This document shows positions 39,508 through 47,674 of a DNA stretch of 64,000 bases, in pieces. The notes under the pieces were generated by a model that worked only from the letters and a program-made list of their open reading frames with translations, made no database searches and had not been told where the DNA came from. Position numbers and translations under genes: made by a program. Origin of the DNA: an uncultured bacterium (GTDB taxonomy: Bacteria > Armatimonadota > HRBIN16); contig CAZYPZ010000002.1 of the NCBI GenBank assembly GCA_964650005.1, positions 5,398 through 69,397 of the forward strand. Direction: 5' to 3'. Every line of letters begins with the position of its first letter. Position 1 is the stretch's first letter.

Positions 39508-40839
39508 TCAGCCCTTTGGGGAGAAGCGTTCGACCAGCCAGCCGATCCAGTTGATGGCAGGACTGCTGGCGCAGGTTCGCTCTCCGCTGCTGATATCCAC
39601 CGTGTAGATCGCCCAGCTGCGGAAACGGGAGTGGCCTTTGACATCCGGTCCATTCGCATGATAGACACCCAGACTGCCATCGCGGGTCAGCATCAACTGA
39701 CCGGAAACCGATTGCCTGAGGCTGCCGTTTGGCGCGCGAACTTGTCGGCATCGGCCAGTTTGGGTGTATATCAGCCACAGACCGCCGTCGGGATCACCGG
39801 TATCGGTCAATTGGGCGACGCCCAGCACCGCGTCTGAGTGACCGCCGGCTATCGATGTCAATACAGGGCGGCCGGCATGCGGCCAATGGAGTACCCGCTG
39901 GCGCCCTGTGTTCAGTTGTACTGTACACAGCAGCGGCCTCTTGCCGGGTCCTGTGGACGCTTCGAACGCCACCAGCGCGCCGTCGGCGCTGAGGCGCGGA
40001 TTGCACACCCACCGGCAGCCCTCGGGAGGCGTGATACGGTGCGTGGTGGAAGTCCGCCTGTCACGGATGTACAAATGCACGCCCGGTTCATCGGGACCAT
40101 CCAGGCCGGGGCATCCGCTGACGAACGCCACCCGTTGGCCATCCTCGCTGATGCTGGGGCTGAACGAAGTACGCGTAGCCTGTCGTCCCTCGGTGGATAT
40201 GGAGACGCGCTCGATCGCGCCGGTGTGTAAATCCTTAACGAACACATCGGCTCTTCGGTTGGTATCGCCGGGGACCAGGTCCGATGCTGTTGACGTGAAG
40301 GCCAGCCAGCGGCCATCAGCGGACAGCGCGGGAGCGGAAGACGCCCCCTCTGCCGGCTGGCCATCCGGGCGCGTGGTGACCAACCGGGCGGCTTTGCCCG
40401 GCTGTGCGATCCAAATCTGATTGGGCATGGACGGGCCGCCCGGTTTGGCCGGCGCGTCAGAAACGAACGCCACGACTGTCCCGTTGGCGTTGATCGCCGG
40501 TTGATCGCTGTTCCCCGCCAATGGTCTGCCGGATCTGTCGCGGGAAACCAGCTGGATGCGTCCGGACACCAGATCCCTCATGTAGATATCACGCTGTGCG
40601 TTCTGATCAGCGGAGACGATATTGGTCGCATCGGAGGCGAACGCCACCGCCCGGCCATCGGCTGAGATCACAGGGTTGACACAGTCTCCGTTCGCGCTGG
40701 AAACCGTCGTCAGGTAAGACGACATCCGCACGGCCAGAAAGCAGATTGCGGCGATCAGCAGGACGATCGGGGCGGCCAGACGTTGAAGTGTGATCGGCTC
40801 CTGAAGGCTAGTACGCACAATGGCACCTCCCGTACCCAT
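39508..40839 (-). CDS. TolB-like periplasmic beta-propeller (PD40/WD40-like repeats) protein
   Basis: N-terminal TM/signal anchor PIVLLIAAICFLAV. Repeated PD40-like units (ISADGRAVAFASDATN, INANGTVVAFVSDA, LSADGRWLAFTS, ISEDGQRVAFVS, LSADGALVAFEA). Possible alternative GTG start 21 nt downstream with GGAGG. Confidence 0.7.
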   Translation of the reverse strand: MGTGGAIVRTSLQEPITLQRLAAPIVLLIAAICFLAVRMSSYLTTVSSANGDCVNPVISADGRAVAFASDATNIVSADQNAQRDIYMRDLVSGRIQLVSRDRSGRPLAGNSDQPAINANGTVVAFVSDAPAKPGGPSMPNQIWIAQPGKAARLVTTRPDGQPAEGASSAPALSADGRWLAFTSTASDLVPGDTNRRADVFVKDLHTGAIERVSISTEGRQATRTSFSPSISEDGQRVAFVSGCPGLDGPDEPGVHLYIRDRRTSTTHRITPPEGCRWVCNPRLSADGALVAFEASTGPGKRPLLCTVQLNTGRQRVLHWPHAGRPVLTSIAGGHSDAVLGVAQLTDTGDPDGGLWLIYTQTGRCRQVRAPNGSLRQSVSGQLMLTRDGSLGVYHANGPDVKGHSRFRSWAIYTVDISSGERTCASSPAINWIGWLVERFSPKG

Positions 40840-40988
40840 CGGCTGGCGGTCATCTGGCCGTAAGCTGAGGTTCGTATATCGTTAATGCTACCGTAAGGTA
40901 AAACCCTTGTCAATCGGTTATGGCGATTGTTCTTCGGCCATTGACTGAACGGGGTTGAAGTGCGTTGCTACTCTGCGCGGGGGGGGAG

Positions 40989-41014
40989 TGAAGCGGCCCC
41001 TCGGGCCGCTTCAT
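40989..41014. terminator. Terminator-like hairpin downstream of the GH36 gene
   Basis: TGAAGCGGCCC-CTCG-GGGCCGCTTCA: perfect 11-bp stem, 12 nt beyond the GH36 stop (minus strand). No U-tract. Confidence 0.4.
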
Positions 41015-41025
41015 CTGAAGGCACG

Positions 41026-43569
41026 CTACGGCACGATGCTGTAGCGCACCAGCAGGCTTTCACCCGGCCGCGATATGGTGAGGGTAAGTCCATTGGCGAT
41101 CAGCGAATCACCGTTCACCGTGCGAACCCGGCGCCTGAGTGCTTCGTCCACGAACTCCAGCCGATAGCGCCGGTTGGGTTCGATGCCGGCCAGGTCCACC
41201 ACCAGACCGCGTGTGGCGCTTTGAGGACGGCGGAACGCCAGCACTATTCCCGACTGCAGATCCGGGCGGTGCAGTTGCCAGGCGGCGAACTGGTCCAGTT
41301 CGGTGTTGATGGGGCTGAGCGGGTAATAGTCGCCGTACCAGGCCGCGCGATTCGCCTTCACCTCGTCCAGCAACCGACGCACTCTGGCCGGATCGAACCC
41401 GTCGTCCAGATATCCCAGCTCGCAGATCAACCCGCCGGTTGCCGAGCTGCGAAACACATACGGCTCGGGATCCCAGGCGCTTGCGGTAAACAGCGGCAGG
41501 TATTGAGCCAAAGCCATACTCTGCATCTGGTTCCACTCGGAGTGACCGGCCCAGCAGGAGGTATCGCTGCGCCACAACGGCACCGACCGCATACAGGTTT
41601 CCAAGTCGATGCGGCGACCTCCACTCGCGCAGTTGTCGATCCAGAGTCCCGGCCTCCGGGCGCGCAATGCATCCCAAAATGCGTAGTGCCCCTCCACAAA
41701 ACGGATTTCCGTGATCCCCTGCCTGTCGGGTGCATCGGCCGCCTGCCAAAACGGCAGCGGGTCGATGTTGAAGTCCTCACGATAGACATCCAGGTCGTAT
41801 TCAGCGATCCGACGGGAGATCAGCTCGATCAGAAACGCTCGCGCCTCTGGGTCATCCAGCCTGAACAAACCGCCTTTGGAACCTCCGTGCACATATTCCG
41901 GATGCTCACGTGCAATGCGTGATCCTTCGGCAACACGGCACGGTTCGAACCAGAGGATGAACTGCAATCCACGCTGATGCAGTTCGTCGGCGATGGGCTT
42001 GAGACCGCGCGGAAAGTCGTCCGGTTTATGCTCCCAGTTGCCCACCCCGTTGGGAAACATGCCCGGGAACCACGCCGCATCGAACCAATAGGTATCGCAG
42101 CCCAAACGATAAGCGGCCTGTGCGGCCTCCAGCTGGGCCTGCTCGGCGGGCCACCCCGGACGCTGCCAGTAGCGGTCGAACGGCTGCAACGCGATCGGCA
42201 GCCGGAGGGGTTTGCCATCGATTTGCGGGACATAGTGATGCAGCATCAACCGCCGGAAGCGGTTATGAGCCGTTACCCGATTGCCCTGCCAGGACATCAG
42301 AAGCACTCTCGGCGTCCGGATCGACTCTCCGGGATGAAGACGCAGCCGGGTATGCGCCATACCGGCGCGGAACCGCGTCGCGCCAGCATCGGTTCGCGCG
42401 TATGTGGCTGACCATTGCCCCGACCAACCGATCGCCGTGATCAGCCCCCGGTCGCCATACTGCAGATTCCAGAAGGGAAATGCCGTCTCCTGAGAGGGGC
42501 GGCCGCGCTGAGGGGCGTACGTCTCGGTGTGTCCCGGTTCGATGACCACAGGATCCGGCAAAAATGTTCTGGCGCTGACGGAGTCACCGAGCAGCCGATG
42601 CCATGTCATGGTTGTGCGGCTGTTGCCGGTGTTCAACGGCATATCGGCTGCCTGCAGCGACTCGATCAGCGGGGTGTCCGCATGGCCGCGGTTTGTCAGG
42701 TAAACCACCCAGTCGACCGCCGGATAGTCACGCCAGCACCGTGCGTCCACGTGAACCTCCAGGCCGGTGTCCGGATCGTTCCAGCGGGCATCGATCTGAA
42801 GCCATGCACCCTTGTCCACCGTCGTGGCGGAATGACGCCATTCGGACAGCATCGCTTGTACCGGCGATCCGTTGTACATAAACCCGAATGGCGGTACGGG
42901 TCCTTGAAGCAGGTCGTTGTCATATCCCTCATCCAGCCAGCGTATGGACCCGTCACGCAGCACAAGTCGCGCGTCGGCCCAATCCGCCTGATCCCAACCG
43001 GCGCCGTCTTCGGTGGGATCGACGATCAGCCTCAACGTAGTCGCTCCGTCCGGCAGTTTCACATCCACTGGCGTCGGCGGCATACCGCTTTTCAGCACAG
43101 CCGATTGCCAGATCCGCTGACCGTCTGCCTCTAGTGCGAAGCGCACCGTACCCCGTATTCCCGCGGTGTCATAGTTGTTGTCCGCACCCACATCAGCCTG
43201 AAAACGGTGTGAGCCGGCGGGCAGCGCTACGTCGATGATGCTGTGTGCATGTGTGCCCAATCCGCGGTGGTAACGTTTGGTTCCCAACGTGATGGGGGTC
43301 TCCATACACGACTGCCGGAAATGAAGCGTGTTGTGGTCCTGACGGATAACGTGTATGCCGATCCGGTCGTTCACGGGTGTGACACGACCGGTCAGGCACT
43401 CGAGCGCCCAGGTTCGAACCCGAGCGATTTCGGTTGCCGACGCCATCACCGCGTCTGCCGGTGCTTGTGCGGGTATATGGCTGTTATCCATTCGTGGCGC
43501 TCCTTGAAGGTGATGACCGGATATCAGACAGACGGCCATCAGCGCCCATCGTCTGGCGGCGTGTTTCAT
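41026..43569 (-). CDS. Secreted alpha-galactosidase, GH36-like, with N-terminal NPCBM carbohydrate-binding module
   Basis: Start at M25 (MKHAARRWALMAVCLISGHHLQGA signal peptide). NPCBM-like segment TPITLGTKRYHRGLGTHAHSIIDV. Melibiase motifs CDTYWFDAAWF, FILWFEPCRV (cf. GLWFEPE) and WIDNCASGGRRIDLE. Confidence 0.7.
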   Translation of the reverse strand: MKHAARRWALMAVCLISGHHLQGAPRMDNSHIPAQAPADAVMASATEIARVRTWALECLTGRVTPVNDRIGIHVIRQDHNTLHFRQSCMETPITLGTKRYHRGLGTHAHSIIDVALPAGSHRFQADVGADNNYDTAGIRGTVRFALEADGQRIWQSAVLKSGMPPTPVDVKLPDGATTLRLIVDPTEDGAGWDQADWADARLVLRDGSIRWLDEGYDNDLLQGPVPPFGFMYNGSPVQAMLSEWRHSATTVDKGAWLQIDARWNDPDTGLEVHVDARCWRDYPAVDWVVYLTNRGHADTPLIESLQAADMPLNTGNSRTTMTWHRLLGDSVSARTFLPDPVVIEPGHTETYAPQRGRPSQETAFPFWNLQYGDRGLITAIGWSGQWSATYARTDAGATRFRAGMAHTRLRLHPGESIRTPRVLLMSWQGNRVTAHNRFRRLMLHHYVPQIDGKPLRLPIALQPFDRYWQRPGWPAEQAQLEAAQAAYRLGCDTYWFDAAWFPGMFPNGVGNWEHKPDDFPRGLKPIADELHQRGLQFILWFEPCRVAEGSRIAREHPEYVHGGSKGGLFRLDDPEARAFLIELISRRIAEYDLDVYREDFNIDPLPFWQAADAPDRQGITEIRFVEGHYAFWDALRARRPGLWIDNCASGGRRIDLETCMRSVPLWRSDTSCWAGHSEWNQMQSMALAQYLPLFTASAWDPEPYVFRSSATGGLICELGYLDDGFDPARVRRLLDEVKANRAAWYGDYYPLSPINTELDQFAAWQLHRPDLQSGIVLAFRRPQSATRGLVVDLAGIEPNRRYRLEFVDEALRRRVRTVNGDSLIANGLTLTISRPGESLLVRYSIVP

Positions 43570-43760
43570 GACGTGCATCGGTCTGTTCTCCGTTGGGCAG
43601 CCCGGATTGTGCCGGCCTGCGCCGGCGTGCTGCCGACGCATGCTTCGCTGCCGTCAGGCCCGCTTCCTGTATCATCACGCCCAAATCCCATGAGGATTTC
43701 CGCTCAACCGGGACAAGGCATAATGTCAGTAGACACGAAGCTCCGACCCGAGGTGAACGA

Positions 43761-44666
43761 ATGCCGATCCCCTGGAACCGCTTGCGCAATCCCGTTTACG
43801 AGCGTCCCGGATGGTCCGTCAAAGACGCCTGCATGGCCCGCTCCGGCGAATGGTATTACCTGTTCTTCAGCGCGTTTTTTTATGATCGCGGACGGGAACG
43901 GAGCCACGTGGTCAGTGTGCGCACGCGTGATTTCCGGCGCTTCAGCCAACCGTTGTACGTCTGGGACGGACGCGAGGACGACTGGATCGGCCTCTGCTCA
44001 CCCGATATCAAGCGATGGGACAACGGGTGGATCCTGACATTCAACAGCTGGGGCGACAAACCGGATCAGCCAAACCAACTGTTCTACGCCGTCTCCACCG
44101 ATTTACTGCGATGGTCTTCAAGAATGCCGCTGGCGCCATCGCTGACGCGCGGGGTACGGGCGATTGACGCCACGGTGGCCGGCTGGCGGGGGCGTGTGGT
44201 GCTGCACTGGAAGGAGCGCCAGGATCCCTGGTTTGCGATCGGTTCGGCGGTCGATGCGGATGATTTTGTGCGGCTTGGACAACCTTTCAACGGCGAGGTC
44301 TGGATGGAAAATGCCCAGCTGATCGAGTTCGATGGTCAATGGCATATGCTGGTTTCCGCCCGAGAGCCGTTTCGCGGGGGGACCGGTATGCGCCCATGGC
44401 TGATGACGTTGCAACGGGATCCGATGCGTCCTGAAGACTGGATCGACTGGAACGAGCCAATTATGCTGGATGTGCCGTTGGAGCGTTTCAACACCGATCA
44501 CCGCTCAAACGCAGCTTTTCTGGCAGACTGGCGTCCCGACGACGGGTGGTTTTACCTGCTATATGCCGGACGCACAAATCCGGTCGAGCATCTGGGTCGT
44601 GGAGACAACCGGCTGGGACTGGCCCGGTCCCGAGATCTGCGCACGTGGTATGCGCCGGGAGGCTGA
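43761..44666 (+). CDS. Five-bladed beta-propeller glycosidase-like protein (GH43/GH130 clan-like), cytoplasmic
   Basis: ATG at 43761 preceded by GAGGTGA. 301 aa with W/D-rich blade-like repeats (GEWYYLFFSAFFYD, DNGWILTFNSWGD, DGQWHMLVSAREP, DDGWFYLLYAG). Its stop is 2 nt before the next gene's ATG. Confidence 0.4.
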   Translation: MPIPWNRLRNPVYERPGWSVKDACMARSGEWYYLFFSAFFYDRGRERSHVVSVRTRDFRRFSQPLYVWDGREDDWIGLCSPDIKRWDNGWILTFNSWGDKPDQPNQLFYAVSTDLLRWSSRMPLAPSLTRGVRAIDATVAGWRGRVVLHWKERQDPWFAIGSAVDADDFVRLGQPFNGEVWMENAQLIEFDGQWHMLVSAREPFRGGTGMRPWLMTLQRDPMRPEDWIDWNEPIMLDVPLERFNTDHRSNAAFLADWRPDDGWFYLLYAGRTNPVEHLGRGDNRLGLARSRDLRTWYAPGG

Positions 44667-44668
44667 GT

Positions 44669-46861
44669 ATGGACCGACGGGATCTGCTCAAAATGGCATT
44701 GGCGGCAGGAACGGGGTGGGCCATCTGTCGCTCGGCGTCCGCCGATACGCCCCGCGAGGCGACCGGGAAACCCGATCGGGAACCGGCGCTTTCGACCGCC
44801 GAAATGGAAAGCTGTTTTGAGCTGTTCACCGCGCTGCTGCTGCATGCGCCACCCAGTTTTCACGAGACGCTCATGTCGGCGTCCATCGCCCTGTATGCGG
44901 CGCTGACCGAAGCCCCCTGGAGAGATCGTTCTCCACAGGCGCCGCAACGGCTGGCGGCCGATGTGCGGGCTGTGCTGCAACGGGTTCGTCACACATATCC
45001 CGTGCTGCGTCTGGAATGGACAGGAGCGGAGTCGCACCTCGCGGCCGTCGAACCCGTGCCCATCCACGATGGCATCCTGAACTGTCTGCTGGTGGAGCTG
45101 CACAACACCGGCCTTCGCGGTGCGGAGCTGGGTGTGTTCATCGCCGATCCGCTGCACATGTTCGCCGCACCGGCTCGGGTTGCTCCGGGTGAGATGCGAT
45201 GGGGTGTTTTGCACAACACGGTGCTGGCGCCCGCCGACCGGTGCCAACTGGTGCTGACCGCCAACGGCAGGGATTACGCCCACCCGGTAGCGCTGGACCG
45301 GCGGCCCACCGCGCTGATCCATGGCGTCGTCACAGAGAGGGACGGTTCGATCACTGCAGCACGTGTCACATGCATCTGCGCGGATGGGCTGCTGCGTTTT
45401 GGCGAGCAGTTCGCCGGCAACGAGACGCTGTCGGCCAAACCGATCCTGCCGTTGGCGTCCCGTCCGCGCATGTATCATCTGCCTTTTTTCTACTGCGACG
45501 GGCGGTTCCAGGTGCGGGCGCCGCTGGGTGACACCGAACTGCAGGCGGAACGCGGTTGCGAACACGCCGTAACAACTCAGCGGATCCAGGCCCGCCGGGA
45601 AGACCTCCAACCGATCACCCTGCAGCTGACCCGGCTCACCGACATGAAAGCCCAGGGGTGGATCTCGGGGGACACCCACGTCCACTGGGCCAAAAACAGC
45701 TGGGATGTGAACGAGGAGATCGAACTGCTGGGAATGGTGCAGCGCGCGGAGGATATCCGCTGTGTGAATAACCTGACGCTCAAGCATGTGGTGCCCGGAG
45801 TCACCAGCTTCATCGCCCCATCCCAATTCCCGATGGGGCCGGTGCCGGGATGGTGTGACGACGAGTACCACATTCAGATGGCGGAAGAGTATCGCAATGA
45901 ATGGTTTTTCGGCCACATCAACCTGCTGGGCATCAAGACGCTGATCGAGCCAATCTCCACCGGCAAGTTCATGGGCGGCACTTACGACTATCCCAACAAC
46001 GTGCCCGCGCTGAAGGAAACGCATCGGCAGGGCGGGGTGACCTGCGAGGCGCATGGCCTGGGGCTGAACTGGGACGTGCCGGTGAATCTGCTGAACAGTT
46101 TGAGCGACTGCCTGGACCAGATCGAACCGGTGGACTACTACCGGTTTCTGGATTGCGGCTTCCGCGTACCGCTGGGCAACGGCAGCGATCATCCGGCGCG
46201 TGTCACCGGATGCGCCCGCATGTATGTAAAGCACTCCGCACCGGGACTGTATGCCGGCTGGCTGGAAGGGATCCGGCAGAAGCGTACGTTTGTCACCTCC
46301 GGACCGCTGTTGTGGCTGCAGGCGAACGGTGCGGATATCGGTGATGTGTTGAAACTGCGCCGAAGTGACCGCGTACAGATAACCGCCCGTGCGCTCTCGC
46401 GTCATCCGCTGGGCCGCGTGCAGCTGGTGGTGAACGGTAAAGTGGTGGAAGACCGCCCGACCGAAAGCACCGACTTGACGATCACACATACACTGGAGTT
46501 GACCGAGCCATCTTGGGTCTGTGTGCGCTGCGGACGATTGGGTGTCTACAACGCCTTGGCCGCCCCCGATGTGGCTCACACCAGCGCGATCTACCTGCAC
46601 ATGGACGGTCGACGCCGATGTATACCGGAGGCCGCATTGGAGCTGGCCAAACGAATGCACGCACACGCCGACGACATTCAACAACGCGCCTGGTTCGCCA
46701 ATGACGCTCAGCGTCGCGAGTGCGTGGATTATATCCGGAACGGCGCCCGCCAGTTTGAAACCATGGCCGCCGCCCGCGCCCGGAACGGATGGGCAGGGCG
46801 GCGACCGTTCAGTACTCGATGCCGACCCGGGCGAGCACGCCCTGGCGGTAGTAGTGTTTGA
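44669..46861 (+). CDS. Tat-secreted large protein with PHP/CehA-McbA-like metallohydrolase domain (paralog 1)
   Basis: Tat motif MDRRDLLKMALAAGTGWAI. WISGDTHVHWA (DxHxH), TCEAHGLG (ExH) and GNGSDHPARV (GSDxH) fit PHP-type metal-ligand motifs. About 45% identical over ~400 aa to the 57289-59517 gene. Its 3' end overlaps cobO by 53 nt, convergently. Confidence 0.5.
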   Translation: MDRRDLLKMALAAGTGWAICRSASADTPREATGKPDREPALSTAEMESCFELFTALLLHAPPSFHETLMSASIALYAALTEAPWRDRSPQAPQRLAADVRAVLQRVRHTYPVLRLEWTGAESHLAAVEPVPIHDGILNCLLVELHNTGLRGAELGVFIADPLHMFAAPARVAPGEMRWGVLHNTVLAPADRCQLVLTANGRDYAHPVALDRRPTALIHGVVTERDGSITAARVTCICADGLLRFGEQFAGNETLSAKPILPLASRPRMYHLPFFYCDGRFQVRAPLGDTELQAERGCEHAVTTQRIQARREDLQPITLQLTRLTDMKAQGWISGDTHVHWAKNSWDVNEEIELLGMVQRAEDIRCVNNLTLKHVVPGVTSFIAPSQFPMGPVPGWCDDEYHIQMAEEYRNEWFFGHINLLGIKTLIEPISTGKFMGGTYDYPNNVPALKETHRQGGVTCEAHGLGLNWDVPVNLLNSLSDCLDQIEPVDYYRFLDCGFRVPLGNGSDHPARVTGCARMYVKHSAPGLYAGWLEGIRQKRTFVTSGPLLWLQANGADIGDVLKLRRSDRVQITARALSRHPLGRVQLVVNGKVVEDRPTESTDLTITHTLELTEPSWVCVRCGRLGVYNALAAPDVAHTSAIYLHMDGRRRCIPEAALELAKRMHAHADDIQQRAWFANDAQRRECVDYIRNGARQFETMAAARARNGWAGRRPFSTRCRPGRARPGGSSV

Positions 46862-47333
46862 CCTCGCGCATCTCGGTGACCAGGTCGGCGCGGGCGACGA
46901 TGCGCGGATCCACGTTCCGACCGGTCAACACCAGTTCGGTGTGCGGCGGACGGCGGTCGATGAGTTCCAACAGTTCATCCACATCCAGCAGGCCCAGCGC
47001 TACAGCCATATTGGCTTCGTCCAATACCACCAGATCGTATTCACCCGAGGTAATCGCCTCCGACATGGCGCGCAGCCCATCCTGTGCGGCGCTGGTGTGG
47101 TCCGGACGGGGACTGCCGATCACCCACTGGGTCATTCCGTACTGACGAAAAGTCACTCGGTCGGACAGTCGCGCCAGCGACTCCATCTCGCTGGTATGGC
47201 GCGCTTTCAGAAACTGACCGATAAACACACGCAACCCGGCGCCGGCGGCTCGCAACGCCAATCCCATAGCCGCGGTGGTCTTTCCTTTTCCGTTACCGGT
47301 ATACACATGTACATAACCGCGCATCGAAGCCAT
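46809..47333 (-). CDS. cobO: Cob(I)yrinic acid a,c-diamide / cob(I)alamin adenosyltransferase (CobO/BtuR family)
   Basis: YTGNGKGKTTAAMG P-loop, LDEANMA, LTGRNV, EVKHYY...GIEY. Collinear with E. coli BtuR motifs (FTGNGKGKTTAAFG, LDE, ITGR, PVKH, GIDY). 174 aa. Confidence 0.85.
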   Translation of the reverse strand: MASMRGYVHVYTGNGKGKTTAAMGLALRAAGAGLRVFIGQFLKARHTSEMESLARLSDRVTFRQYGMTQWVIGSPRPDHTSAAQDGLRAMSEAITSGEYDLVVLDEANMAVALGLLDVDELLELIDRRPPHTELVLTGRNVDPRIVARADLVTEMREVKHYYRQGVLARVGIEY

Positions 47334-47369
47334 CCTTTCATCTGGCCATCACGCGGAGAGGATACAGGG

Positions 47370-47410
47370 GGTCTGTGAAACACAACGCCCTTTCCCGGCG
47401 GGAAAGGGCG
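47370..47410 (-). terminator. Intrinsic terminator (expression platform of the riboswitch leader)
   Basis: On the minus-strand RNA: CGCCCUUUCC-GCC-GGGAAAGGGCG (10-bp stem) followed by UUGUGUUUC, about 50 nt upstream of the cobO ATG. Confidence 0.5.
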
Positions 47411-47605
47411 TGTATCGGAAGACCTGCCGATCCGCCCTTTGCGCGAAGGGTAACAGGGCTGCCCGGATGGCAGCCGGTGGATCCGCCGTGGTCAGGCAGT
47501 CGGACTTATCCCTTTCAGGGCATCACCGTTGCGGCACAGCTCCGGATTCGCACCGGAATTCCCCTGTCTCCACGGCCGCGCGATCCAACGGACCACGCTT
47601 AGAAC
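47383..47605 (-). ncRNA. Cobalamin (B12) riboswitch-like leader upstream of cobO
   Basis: Minus-strand core AGGGGAAUUCCGGUGCGAAUCCGGAGCUGUGCCGCAACGGUGAUG (plus 47521-47565) aligns closely with the E. coli btuB core AGGGAAUCCAGUGCGAAUCUGGAGCUGACGCGCAGCGGUAAGG. It is followed by the AGUCCGACUGCC B12-box-like segment and a terminator hairpin. A -35/-10-like TTGACC-N17-TACCAT sits on the minus strand at 47613-47641. Confidence 0.55.
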
Positions 47606-47674
47606 ACTGTATATGGTATCCAAAACGGAACAGAAGGTCAATATATAGACATTCCGCCGAGGGCGCCAGTGCGC

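Noticed and set aside
47415-47432. Plus-strand GAAGACCTGCCGATCC resembling the 3' B12-box (GAAGACCUGCCGGCC of E. coli btuB)
   Set aside because: It is on the opposite strand from the convincing riboswitch core. In the minus-strand RNA it reads as the complement. I treat it as coincidence, or as part of the antiterminator pairing, not as a B12 box.
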